This document shows positions 13,968 to 23,000 of a stretch of 23,082 nt of DNA, in pieces. The notes under the pieces are model-generated. The model was not told where the DNA came from and did no database searches. It saw only the letters and a list, made by a program, of their open reading frames with translations. Each line of letters begins with the position of its first letter. The stretch's first letter is position 1. The stretch lies in the IMG/VR virus record IMGVR_UViG_3300025913_000020, one strand, 5' to 3'. Origin of the DNA: a virus. Its lineage: Duplodnaviria > Heunggongvirae > Uroviricota > Caudoviricetes. Both the position numbers and the translations under genes were made by a program.

Positions 13968-14321
13968 TTAAGGAACGATATGGAGCATCATCGGCGCTCC
14001 AGGGTATGCAAATGAGATTGTGTCCGACAGATCGCTGTGGAGGCCGGTTGTCGGGTCCTGGGCGTCCACGTTGCACCAGTAAGTCATTCCACTTACCAGG
14101 TTGCTGACGACCGCATTGGTATCGGTGACCGGAACAATCTGGATGGCCCCGTTGGTGCCGGTGCCTGCCGGATTGTTCGTGTAAATGTAAACGTTGTACG
14201 TGAGTACCGGAAAATCGTCATTCGTGGAGGAGTTCCATTGGACATGGACGCTCTTGGCCATGGCGACGATGGCGGTGATTAGGATCGCTCCTATAAGCAT
14301 TGTTTTGCGTAATGTCTTCAT
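13968..14321 (-). CDS. Secreted fibronectin type III-like protein
   Basis: Signal peptide, then VQWNSS...YNVY...VVSNLVSGMTYWCNVDA...SDLS. Confidence 0.8.
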   Translation of the reverse strand: MKTLRKTMLIGAILITAIVAMAKSVHVQWNSSTNDDFPVLTYNVYIYTNNPAGTGTNGAIQIVPVTDTNAVVSNLVSGMTYWCNVDAQDPTTGLHSDLSDTISFAYPGAPMMLHIVP

Positions 14322-14343
14322 GCCCTACATACGCAGTCTGAAA

Positions 14344-14420
14344 TGGGGTGTCGTACGGGTTTCGATCCCGTTCTGCAAGTTTCACAAACTTGGGTGCTAA
14401 GCCATCACACTCACGACACC
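14344..14420 (-). tRNA. tRNA-His(GUG)
   Basis: CAAGU-UU-GUG-AA-ACUUG, G-1:C73, CCA. Confidence 0.92.
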
Positions 14421-14501
14421 ATTCACCAGGGAGCGAGGCTCGACCTGGGATGGAAATTGTAAGGGTACTGCGCCACGGTAAACATGGCCGCAGTACCCAT
14501 T

Positions 14502-14645
14502 TCAACAAAGAACGTACACCATTCCTCCGGTCTTTTTACGGACCTTGCCCACATGTATTGCTGGCGTCTTCGGCTTCCCTCGCCTGGACACCTTCGCGGT
14601 GGTCTTCACCAGATTATCGGCCTGGCTCTCGGCGCTTGCGCGCAT
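14502..14645 (-). CDS. Possible small basic protein (47 aa)
   Basis: MRASAESQADNLVKTTAKVSRRGKPKTPAIHVGKVRKKTGGMVYVLC; first ORF after the attenuator terminator. Confidence 0.4.
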   Translation of the reverse strand: MRASAESQADNLVKTTAKVSRRGKPKTPAIHVGKVRKKTGGMVYVLC

Positions 14646-14658
14646 AAATTCAAATCCT

Positions 14659-14705
14659 AAAAACGAAAAACCCTGCTATCTCATCGAGGTAGCAGGGTTT
14701 TTCGT
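14659..14705 (-). terminator. Intrinsic terminator (attenuator)
   Basis: CCCUGCUACCUC-gau-GAGAUAGCAGGG followed by UUUUUCGUUUUU. Confidence 0.85.
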
Positions 14706-14721
14706 GAAATTTCCTCGTGCC

Positions 14722-14868
14722 TTATCCTGCTACCTCCGATTTTGGTTCGAGTGTGCTACGCACGCTAAAGCACATCGTACCGACGCGATTCCACCCTTGA
14801 ATCGGGGCAGAATACTGCGCCCTATCCAAGCTAGGTTTCGCTGACGACGTTATGTGACTTAATTTCAT
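14722..14868 (-). CDS. Putative attenuator leader peptide (48 aa, all 20 amino acids)
   Basis: MKLSHITSSAKPSLDRAQYSAPIQGWNRVGTMCFSVRSTLEPKSEVAG; its last codons are complementary to the terminator 5' arm. Confidence 0.75.
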   Translation of the reverse strand: MKLSHITSSAKPSLDRAQYSAPIQGWNRVGTMCFSVRSTLEPKSEVAG

Positions 14869-14878
14869 TTTCGAGGCC

Positions 14879-14906
14879 ACTCTAAATCTTTTTTGTTTAC
14901 AGTCAA
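14879..14906 (-). promoter_or_regulatory. Sigma70-like promoter for the leader and RNA array
   Basis: TTGACT-16 nt-TAGAGT, 10 nt upstream of the leader ATG. Confidence 0.6.
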
Positions 14907-14925
14907 TAGTTTTCTCAAAAATTCT

Positions 14926-15447
14926 TCATTTATTTTTGTGATGGTCCTTAAAGTGGCTGCTACGCTTGATGATTTCGACTGCGTAGTCAAAGGCAGCTTG
15001 CAGCCCTTTTTCCATAAAGCGCTTACCGATTTCGACTTCAGCCTGCGCTCCTGTGGTAAAACCAGCCGACGCGAGGTTCTGGTTGGTGGCCAGATTCGTT
15101 GCACACAAAAAGTAAACGGACGAGAGCGCGATCTCCTTAGCAACAACACGCGCCGCCAGGTTTACGATGGCATCTCCCAGGTGTTCGAGCTGGCGCATTT
15201 CGATAGGTGACCTCACCTTGGTCGAAGGGACTTTCGGTAGGCGGCTTAATGGTGCCGCAGGTTCTTGCTTGCGCTGAAGGATAGCGGACATGCTTTGAGG
15301 AACGCAGCGCCAGTCGATTACGTTTCGCTTGCCGTTTTCACTGGGCATGAAAACGGGAGTGAAGCCGAAGATTCTTCCGATCTCGTGCCACTCGTCACGA
15401 CTGATCATCAGCTTGAGCTGTTTGCGTGTGATCGTGTCAGGGGTCAT
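14926..15447 (-). CDS. RNase III-like (mini-III-sized) domain protein
   Basis: RQLEHLGDAIVNL matches the RNase III signature; TNQNLA and AEVEIG; no dsRBD. Confidence 0.75.
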   Translation of the reverse strand: MTPDTITRKQLKLMISRDEWHEIGRIFGFTPVFMPSENGKRNVIDWRCVPQSMSAILQRKQEPAAPLSRLPKVPSTKVRSPIEMRQLEHLGDAIVNLAARVVAKEIALSSVYFLCATNLATNQNLASAGFTTGAQAEVEIGKRFMEKGLQAAFDYAVEIIKRSSHFKDHHKNK

Positions 15448-17459
15448 TCCTCAAGAGCCTCGCGGTGCATGACGGGCATCGGTTCACCCATCATGATGTA
15501 AAGCTCCTCCTCGCTGATTGTGCGCGTGCCCCATTTGGTCGCGGCTGCTGACTTGTTGTTTCCACCCCCGATGCCCTGCACTAAAAAGTCAACATTTTTG
15601 GTGACAGTGCCTTTGACCACTCCGCCTTTGGATTCAATCAGTGCGCTCACGTCATCGCGCTTGCCGCTCATCATGGTGCCGGTGATGCAGAAGGATTTTC
15701 CGCTGAGCGGCCCGGCAGACTTGCGGTCTTCGACGAACACAAATCCAAGCTCGGCCAGCCGCCTGATCTCATCGAAGTTGGTTTCGAGAAATTCCAGGAA
15801 TGTGTCACTGTTCACTTCCCCGATCAGTTTCCTCAGTTCGTCCAGGTCGCCGAGCATGGCGTCAAGGCTGGCGTAGCGAGTGGCGAGATTTTGGCAGGTG
15901 ACTTTGCCAATGCCTTCGATGTTGAGCGCCGAGAGCTTCCTCCAAAGCGGTGCAGCTTTGGCTTTGGCCAACCCGTCTTCGACTTTCTTGCGTTGCGCGG
16001 GTTTGAAGAAGCTGAAATCCGTGATGGCAAATAGATCAGAGAGTCGTTTGGCTCCAGCCTTGTTCACGAGCATGTGGACGCCCACTTCACCGCAGCCGTC
16101 GATGTTCAGCGCGTCTTTGCCCACGGCGTACACGAGTCGGGCCAGGACCTGGTCGTAGCAGTCGGTGTTGGGGCAGTAATAATGAACTTCTTTTTCTTTG
16201 CGCTTGAGGATGGGCGTGGCACAGCAAGGACACACCTTCGGCAGACGATAGGATTTGTTGTGGTCAGTCTTGGAGGACGAAGGGCGCGCCAAGGCGACGA
16301 TCTTCGGAATGACTTCGCCGCTGCGCTGCACCATCACGTAGTCACCCACGTCGATGCCGAGCCGGTCGAGTTCATCCTGGTTGCAGACCGATGCGCGCCG
16401 CACCATCGCGCCGCCGAGGGAGACCGGTTCCACTTCAGCCACTGGAGTAATCTGTCCGGTCTTGCCGACCTGCACTTTGATGCCAAGCAGGCGCGTTTCC
16501 TTCGCTTCAGGAGGAAACTTGTAGGCGCAGGCCCATTTTGGAGAGCGTGTTCCTTCACCGATGTCGCGTTGTGCCGCCAGGGAGGAGATTTTGATCACCA
16601 GCCCGTCAGTGTCCATGTCCAGCGCTTTGCGGTAGCTGTCCAGGAACTCGATGGAGGCCGTGAGATCGACCGGCTCGATCAGCGTCGTCACGTAGGGCAG
16701 GCCGTACATGTCTTTCGTCACGTCCAAGGTCATGGTGCTTCTGAAACCCAGGAATTCCAGGAAGGCCAGCATATCCTCCTGGGTCTCGATCTCGGCAGGC
16801 AGATCGGTCGGGACGCTGTAGGCCACGAAATCCAGGCGCGCCTTGGCCACTTCTTTGGAGTCGATCTGGCGCAGTACGCCGCTGGCACCGTTGCGTGGAT
16901 TGGCGTATTGCTCAGACTCCGGCACGCTCTCATTGTAGCGGTTGAAATTTGACAGCCTCCAGTAAGCCTCGCCTCGCACGTTCAAGGTGTAGGGTTTTCG
17001 AAGCTGGAGCGGAATGGTGCGGATGGTGCGGGCGTTTTCCGTAACGTCCTCGCCTTCGGTGCCATCGCCGCGAGTGACGCCCTGTTTCAACACGCCATTC
17101 TCGTAGCGGAGGTCAAGACTCAGCCCGTCAATCTTCATTTCGATGGTGGCTTCCTGGCCACGATATTTGTCGAGGAAGCGCAAGGTGTCGTCTAAGCTCT
17201 CGACGTTGTCCAGGGACAGCATTCGCACCTTGTGCTTCACCTTTCTCAGCCCTGTCGGTATCGGGGAACCCACGCGTACGGTCGGCGAGTTCAGGTCCGC
17301 CATCTCAGGGTGGTCTTTTTCAAGTTCCACCAGCTCGCGAAAAAGCTCGTCGTATTCCCGGTCGGAAATGATCGGGGAGTTGGAGACGTAGTAGCGGTAG
17401 CAGTGTTCGGTAAGTTGTTCGCGCAGTTCGAGAATCCGTTGGGCATCAGTGACGCTCAT
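15444..17459 (-). CDS. ligA: NAD-dependent DNA ligase
   Basis: MLSLDN, KIDG, TRGDG, NPRN, DGLVIK, AYKFP, Zn finger, C-terminal BRCT. Confidence 0.98.
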   Translation of the reverse strand: MSVTDAQRILELREQLTEHCYRYYVSNSPIISDREYDELFRELVELEKDHPEMADLNSPTVRVGSPIPTGLRKVKHKVRMLSLDNVESLDDTLRFLDKYRGQEATIEMKIDGLSLDLRYENGVLKQGVTRGDGTEGEDVTENARTIRTIPLQLRKPYTLNVRGEAYWRLSNFNRYNESVPESEQYANPRNGASGVLRQIDSKEVAKARLDFVAYSVPTDLPAEIETQEDMLAFLEFLGFRSTMTLDVTKDMYGLPYVTTLIEPVDLTASIEFLDSYRKALDMDTDGLVIKISSLAAQRDIGEGTRSPKWACAYKFPPEAKETRLLGIKVQVGKTGQITPVAEVEPVSLGGAMVRRASVCNQDELDRLGIDVGDYVMVQRSGEVIPKIVALARPSSSKTDHNKSYRLPKVCPCCATPILKRKEKEVHYYCPNTDCYDQVLARLVYAVGKDALNIDGCGEVGVHMLVNKAGAKRLSDLFAITDFSFFKPAQRKKVEDGLAKAKAAPLWRKLSALNIEGIGKVTCQNLATRYASLDAMLGDLDELRKLIGEVNSDTFLEFLETNFDEIRRLAELGFVFVEDRKSAGPLSGKSFCITGTMMSGKRDDVSALIESKGGVVKGTVTKNVDFLVQGIGGGNNKSAAATKWGTRTISEEELYIMMGEPMPVMHREALEE

Positions 17460-17479
17460 ATTTCGTTCTTTTCAAAACG

Positions 17480-17507
17480 ACATTACGAGTCTGATAAAAA
17501 AAGTAAA
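17480..17507 (-). promoter_or_regulatory. Possible sigma70-like promoter of ligA
   Basis: TTTACT-16 nt-TAATGT in an AT-rich divergent gap. Confidence 0.4.
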
Positions 17508-17518
17508 CATTTTTTTCT

Positions 17519-17920
17519 ATGATGCACGAATTGTTCCTGAATGTGGCGTACGTGTGTGGAATTGTGATCTGCGTGGTCGCCACGGTGATCGCAGTGAAGT
17601 TTTCATTCTGCTATGTCGTAAAGCGAAAAGAGTCTTTCGTTCCTGATAATCCGAAGGTTGAGGAGCGCACGCGGGCCGAGCATGTGTTGGAGATTTTGAA
17701 GCACGTGAAGACCGGGCCGCCTGAACTCAGGAAAAAGCCGATTCGTGTGAGCCTGCCGGAGCCTGCGCCCGCACCGGAGCAGGAACCTGAGCCGGAAATC
17801 GAGTGCGGTAATTGCGGCAAAGTGATCAACTCGGAACCAGTTGGTGGCGAGGCCAGAGACGGGAACGTATTCGTGCAAATTTATGAGTGCGCAAACTGTG
17901 GCGCTAAAGTCGAAGTCTAA
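17519..17920 (+). CDS. Membrane-anchored Zn-ribbon protein
   Basis: N-terminal TM helix, Pro/Glu linker, CGNC...CANC. Confidence 0.8.
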   Translation: MMHELFLNVAYVCGIVICVVATVIAVKFSFCYVVKRKESFVPDNPKVEERTRAEHVLEILKHVKTGPPELRKKPIRVSLPEPAPAPEQEPEPEIECGNCGKVINSEPVGGEARDGNVFVQIYECANCGAKVEV

Positions 17921-19203
17921 TCGGCAAGGTCGTCGCTCTCAATCACCCGGCGCACAATTTCCTGCGCCTCCTCAAACTGGCCGCCTTCATCACCGGCCAG
18001 CTCAGTTTTGATTTGAGCAGCGAGATCGCGCAGCATTTTCATGCCTCTCGGAGACTTGGCCAGGACTTCGCGCATGAAGGCGTTGAACTGGTCGTTGTCC
18101 ATTCGCTGGATCGCTGAGTAAAGGTGGAAGGTCAGCTCGCGCTCGTTCTCTGCGTCCACGGCCTCCACAAAGCTGTCCCAGAGTTTCGGCCCGAGCAGCA
18201 TGTGCCAGGCTTCCATGTCAGTGAGATCGGTTTTGTTCAGGATTTCTGCACGGTCTTCCGGGTCGTTTGGCAGACCGGCCATGGAAGAAAGCGAAGCCAG
18301 CTCGGTGAGACCTTTGATGAGTTCCTGGATCAGCACGGGGAAGCAGGCGGCCTGGGCTTGGACAATGGGACGGCCTTGAGGCGGTGGAGCTTCTTCTCCC
18401 ATCTGCTCCTCTGGCGCTTGTTCTTCAGGTTCTTCGCGACGCACCTGGGAGACGCCCACGTGCGTTTTTTCTTTCGCGCCTTGGAGCACTTTGCTCTGCG
18501 GAAAAATCCAATAACCGATCTCAGTGGCCACCATCAGGATGCCGTAAGCGTTGCGCAGACCAGGGTGAATCCGGTCGAGCTGCTGGCCCGCCAGTTCAAA
18601 GAGAAAGTCGTTGCTGACGGCTGAACCCTGGATCATGGCGTTCGTGAAGTGACGCCGTTGGACCATTTTCTCCATCCACTCCTGTTCAGCCGGAGTGCGC
18701 TGCTTTTCAGGCCGGTTGAGCGGGGCCTGGGCTTCCGGTTCATCGGAAGTCATCATGTCATCCGTGTTCAGCTCGCTCGTGTCGCTGACGATATTGGCGT
18801 CGATGAGAATTTCTTGATTCTCGTAAGCCTGGCGCGCCGTCTTAAATTCCGGCAGCGAGAACACCAGTTCGATGGCGAGGTTTTGTAAGTCTTCCTGGTG
18901 CTGGCTCTCAGCCTCCTGGATTGCCTGCATGGCCTCGATGGTCTTGATCTGGATGAGGCGCAAAGACTGGCGAGTGAGTGGGACGCCCAGGTAGCGTTGA
19001 GCCTTCTGAAGAATCTTCTGCCATTGTTTGCTGGCCAGAACCTCCTCATAGTTTTCAGCCGTGCCCTCCGCGCCGCGCTGGAATTGGGGATAGGCAGGGT
19101 GCCGACCGAGCGGGTGCTGGCCGGTGGCAAAAGCTTGGTGACGCTCCGGGTGAATCAGGCCGCTTGGATCGTCGATAGCCTCGATAAGCTGCCAGATTTT
19201 CAT
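17917..19203 (-). CDS. Hypothetical phage protein (virion-like)
   Basis: 428 aa helical acidic ORF, 4-nt overlap with the upstream gene. Confidence 0.85.
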   Translation of the reverse strand: MKIWQLIEAIDDPSGLIHPERHQAFATGQHPLGRHPAYPQFQRGAEGTAENYEEVLASKQWQKILQKAQRYLGVPLTRQSLRLIQIKTIEAMQAIQEAESQHQEDLQNLAIELVFSLPEFKTARQAYENQEILIDANIVSDTSELNTDDMMTSDEPEAQAPLNRPEKQRTPAEQEWMEKMVQRRHFTNAMIQGSAVSNDFLFELAGQQLDRIHPGLRNAYGILMVATEIGYWIFPQSKVLQGAKEKTHVGVSQVRREEPEEQAPEEQMGEEAPPPQGRPIVQAQAACFPVLIQELIKGLTELASLSSMAGLPNDPEDRAEILNKTDLTDMEAWHMLLGPKLWDSFVEAVDAENERELTFHLYSAIQRMDNDQFNAFMREVLAKSPRGMKMLRDLAAQIKTELAGDEGGQFEEAQEIVRRVIESDDLAD

Positions 19204-20030
19204 TCGTCGTCTTTTTCGTCGTCCTTTTTGTCCTTGGATTTGTCCTCGTCCTTGTCCTCTTTTTTGTCCTTGGACTTCTTCTCTTTCTTGGACTTATCCT
19301 TTTCTCCATCGGAATCTTTTTCCTTTTTGCTGTCCTTTTTGTCCCCGGATTCGTCGTCACCTTCTCCACCCTCGCCGCCCACGGTGCCGATGATCGCTTT
19401 CACAAGGTCGCTGACGGCACCCATGATCTCGCCAGCCTGGCTTCCGTCGATCTGAATGACCTCGATCGTACCTTCCTCGCCACCAGCAGCCGGTTCAGCC
19501 GGAGTGGGCGTGCGCCCTAAAATCATGTCGAGAGTGCCGTCCGCCGACTCCTTGGGTTCATCTTCACCTGCGGCGACCATCGCTTCGCCTTCGCCGAAGG
19601 GTGGATCGTCATTATCCAGGAAATCAGCTTCAGGCGGCATCGGCAGTCCTTCTTCGCTTTCAGCAAAGGCCATCTGGCCACCAAAAACACCGATTTCTTC
19701 AAGTTGGCCGCGTGAATAGACTTCGGTCGTGCCGTCGTCCAGCGCCAGGCGCAATTCATTGCCGTCCCAGTCCCAGTCGCGGATGGGTTGCTCGGTTGCT
19801 TCGAGCCAATTCTCGATCTCGGCAGATTCATCCTCGGCTTTGGGGCGCGGTTCCTGGCCTGGCTCCATGTCGGGCGGCATGGTCCACGGACTGCGGGACG
19901 GTCGCCGGGTCGGCCTTTCGGTCGGTCTCTCCGTGGGAGGGGCCTCGGTCGGTTCAACGGTAGGTTCGGCCACCGTCGCTTCGTCCAGAGAGGCGATCCG
20001 GTCAATAATGTCGCGTGGATGCAGTTGCAT
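19200..20030 (-). CDS. Acidic low-complexity protein (scaffold/prohead core-like)
   Basis: 276 aa; PTE repeats, D/E/K-rich tail; GTAGTTA upstream. Confidence 0.8.
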   Translation of the reverse strand: MQLHPRDIIDRIASLDEATVAEPTVEPTEAPPTERPTERPTRRPSRSPWTMPPDMEPGQEPRPKAEDESAEIENWLEATEQPIRDWDWDGNELRLALDDGTTEVYSRGQLEEIGVFGGQMAFAESEEGLPMPPEADFLDNDDPPFGEGEAMVAAGEDEPKESADGTLDMILGRTPTPAEPAAGGEEGTIEVIQIDGSQAGEIMGAVSDLVKAIIGTVGGEGGEGDDESGDKKDSKKEKDSDGEKDKSKKEKKSKDKKEDKDEDKSKDKKDDEKDDE

Positions 20031-20042
20031 ACGCTCTAACTA

Positions 20043-23000
20043 CTACTTCTTTTTCTTAGGTTGCAAAAGCTTCTCCCAGTCGGGGCTGTCACCGGATATT
20101 TTGTTGGTTTCCAGGTAATTCAGGCCCACTTCGCTGTCGCCTGCGAACGGCACGATCATCCAGGAAGTGTCGTAGTCTGGCAAGGTGCTTTCGATCACCG
20201 TGGGGATGTTGTTCATGACGCCGTTCACGATGGCGTGAACGTCCGGCAGCTCCGGGCGGTAGGCGTCGATGACCAAGCTGTCATGCACGGTCGATACCAG
20301 CAGGGACTTGAGATTAGCCTCGCGCATCATGGCTTCGATGGTGAACAGGCAGATGAGCATCATGTCCGACGCTGTGCTTTGAATCAGGTGATTGCAACCT
20401 GCGCGCAGGGCCTTACTGCTGGCCTCGCGATCCTCGCTGTAAACTTCTTCGAAGTCACGAACACGACCAAAGAGTGAGACGGCGCGCCCATTTTCCTCGA
20501 TGAAAGATTTGTAAACACCGAGGAACTTCTTCAGGGCCGGGTAGGCGTCAAAGAAGGTCGCGATGATGTCTTCGCACTCCTCCAAAGAAATGTAAACTTC
20601 GGCGTTCGCCAGCACGTTTTGCAGGCCGAACGCGCCACCGCCGTAACCGGTCAAAAAGTTTACAGTTTTTGCGACCTTGCGTTTCAGCTCCAGCTCTTTG
20701 GCCTGATCGCTCTTTCCGTGCTTTTGCAGTTCCTCCATGTGCTTCTTCGTGAACTGCTCGTACGGAATCTTGAAGACCTTGCTGGCAGTGAGTGAATGGA
20801 TGTCGATGTCTCGCTGGTAGGCGTCCACCATCGACTTGTCACCGCAGACGGCAGCCATCAGGCGCAATTCAATCTGGCTCAAGTCCGCCGCGTAAATGCA
20901 GCCGCGATCTCGGAACCGAGACGTGAACACCCGTTTGACCAGACCTTCGTTGGGAAGCTGCTGGAGGTTGGGGTCGCGGCACGAGAGACGACCCCCGCGT
21001 GTGCCGGTCAAGAGGAAGCTCGCGTGGATGCAGTGATCGACGGAGAGATGCGGCTCTTTTTCCCGCTGCTTCTTATCCAGGTGCGCGGACATCATGTTGC
21101 GCATAGGCCGGACGTAGGTGCTGTAGAGTTTGAACACTTTCCGGTACTCCTGGAGCGGGCGTAGGTTGGGATGATCCACAGCCAGCCGGTTCAGCGTGTA
21201 TTTGTCCACGGCGGCCAGCTCTTTCTGCTCCTCATAGGTCAGGTGCTGCCAATCACCAGGATCATCGCCGTAAAGCTTGCGACCGGCCTTGGTGAGGCGC
21301 TGAATTGGGCAGTGCAGCACGTCAAACAGCAGCTCTTTGAGCTGGCCTTTGTTTTCCAGATCGAGTTCCCATAGTGGCAGTTCACCCGCGCCAGTTTCCG
21401 CTCGCTTGAGCTTTGACTCCTGGAGCTTTTGCTGGCACCAGCGCTCGATGTCGGGATCGGCGTCACGCAGCTTGCGCTTGGCGGCCTGCACCATTTCAGG
21501 ATAGGTTCGTTCCTGGATCGACAGTTCTTCCGGGTCAATGTACATGCCACGCGCCATCATTTTGGTGAGCGTGCGCGAGGCGACTGAAACGACGTTGCGA
21601 TAAACCCAGTCGCGACTTGGGCATTGATAATAGCGGAAACTGCCTGGGCTGCCGGGTTTGGTCAGAGGTATTTTGTAAACTTTTGTCGTGGCCAGTTTTG
21701 CAGCGATGCCGTCACGCGCCTGGTAGGTCACTTCCACGTCGCCCATGACGTACGGTTCCAGATGTGATTTCCAAAGCTCCTTGGGGCACATGGCGTAGTG
21801 TCCGCCTTTACCGCTGGCCGGGTCCATGGCGTCGCCGTGCAGCTCGATCAGCAGCGTCATTTCTTCTTCGTAACCGGCGAGATCGTGGACCCAGTCGTAG
21901 GCCAGCACTTCGAGGCCGAGGCTGCCACGTTTCTGGAGCAGCGTGAAGGCCATGTGCCAGGTATCCCATTTTCCTTTTTCCGCGATTAGGTTGATGCGGT
22001 CCTGAAGGCACAGCCAATTCTCATTCCAAGTGCCGTCCGAGTTGAACGGCACGTATTCGTTCTCACGCCTACCCACGGTGGCGATGGTGAACAGCGCGTC
22101 GAAGGTATAGTTGTGGCCAACGATGTCGGCGAGCGCCAGCAGCCGGATCACATAGGGGCTGATCGTGTTCAAATGCGGGAGCAAGTCGCTTGTGGGATAA
22201 TCCCAGGGGAAGCCGATGGATTCCGGTTTTCCGGTTTCCGGGTTGGTCCAGCGGAACATCATGAAGACGATGGCCGGTGGCTTCGATGTTTCAATGAGGT
22301 CTTCGTCCTCTGGGTTGTCCGCGATGGCAGAGGTTGCGTCGCTTTTAGTGGCGGCGCGCACATGCCGGAAAAACGACCATGGTTTCAGGCCGGTGGTTTC
22401 CGTGTCGTAGGCAACGATGAAATTGTCGTAGGTCTCAGCAAACTTGATGGCGCGCTCCAGCGACTCCAGGATCACGCCAACATCTGTTGAAATGTTGTAC
22501 CACGACCGGATATAATTTGGAGGCGGAACATTTTTCTTTCCGATCTGAAGCGCGTAAATCAATTCCTTTTCCCACCGCGCTGTCACCAGTTCGTTCTGCG
22601 CTGCCAGGATCAAACGCGGCGTCTGGAGCGGCACCATCGGGATGCGCGTGGTCGGCGATGGCCCAAAGAGCGGATGGCCGCGAATGAACTTTCCTTCGTT
22701 CAGTGGATCAGGCCGGTCAAGGACGTAGTCTTTATCCGTGAGCCAGTCGTCAGGCCAACCGCGCCAGGTCAAGAGGCGACCGCTCCAATCGCCAGCGTTG
22801 CTCTTGTGCGAGAGCAGGCCGAGGGAAACGGTGCCAATGGGAATCACCACCTTGGGTGGGTGGTTCATCAAGTCTTGAACTGCGTACGTGCGGCACCAGT
22901 TGCCTTTGGTTTTGAAATTGGGAATTTTGGGTCCGCGCCCGGCGCAGCGAGTCACAGGAACCCAACGTATTTCGGCCAGGCTGACTCCGTGCTTTTCTTT

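Noticed and set aside
16074-16952. 292-aa plus-strand ORF and other antisense ORFs within ligA and polA
   Set aside because: Shadow frames of strongly supported genes.
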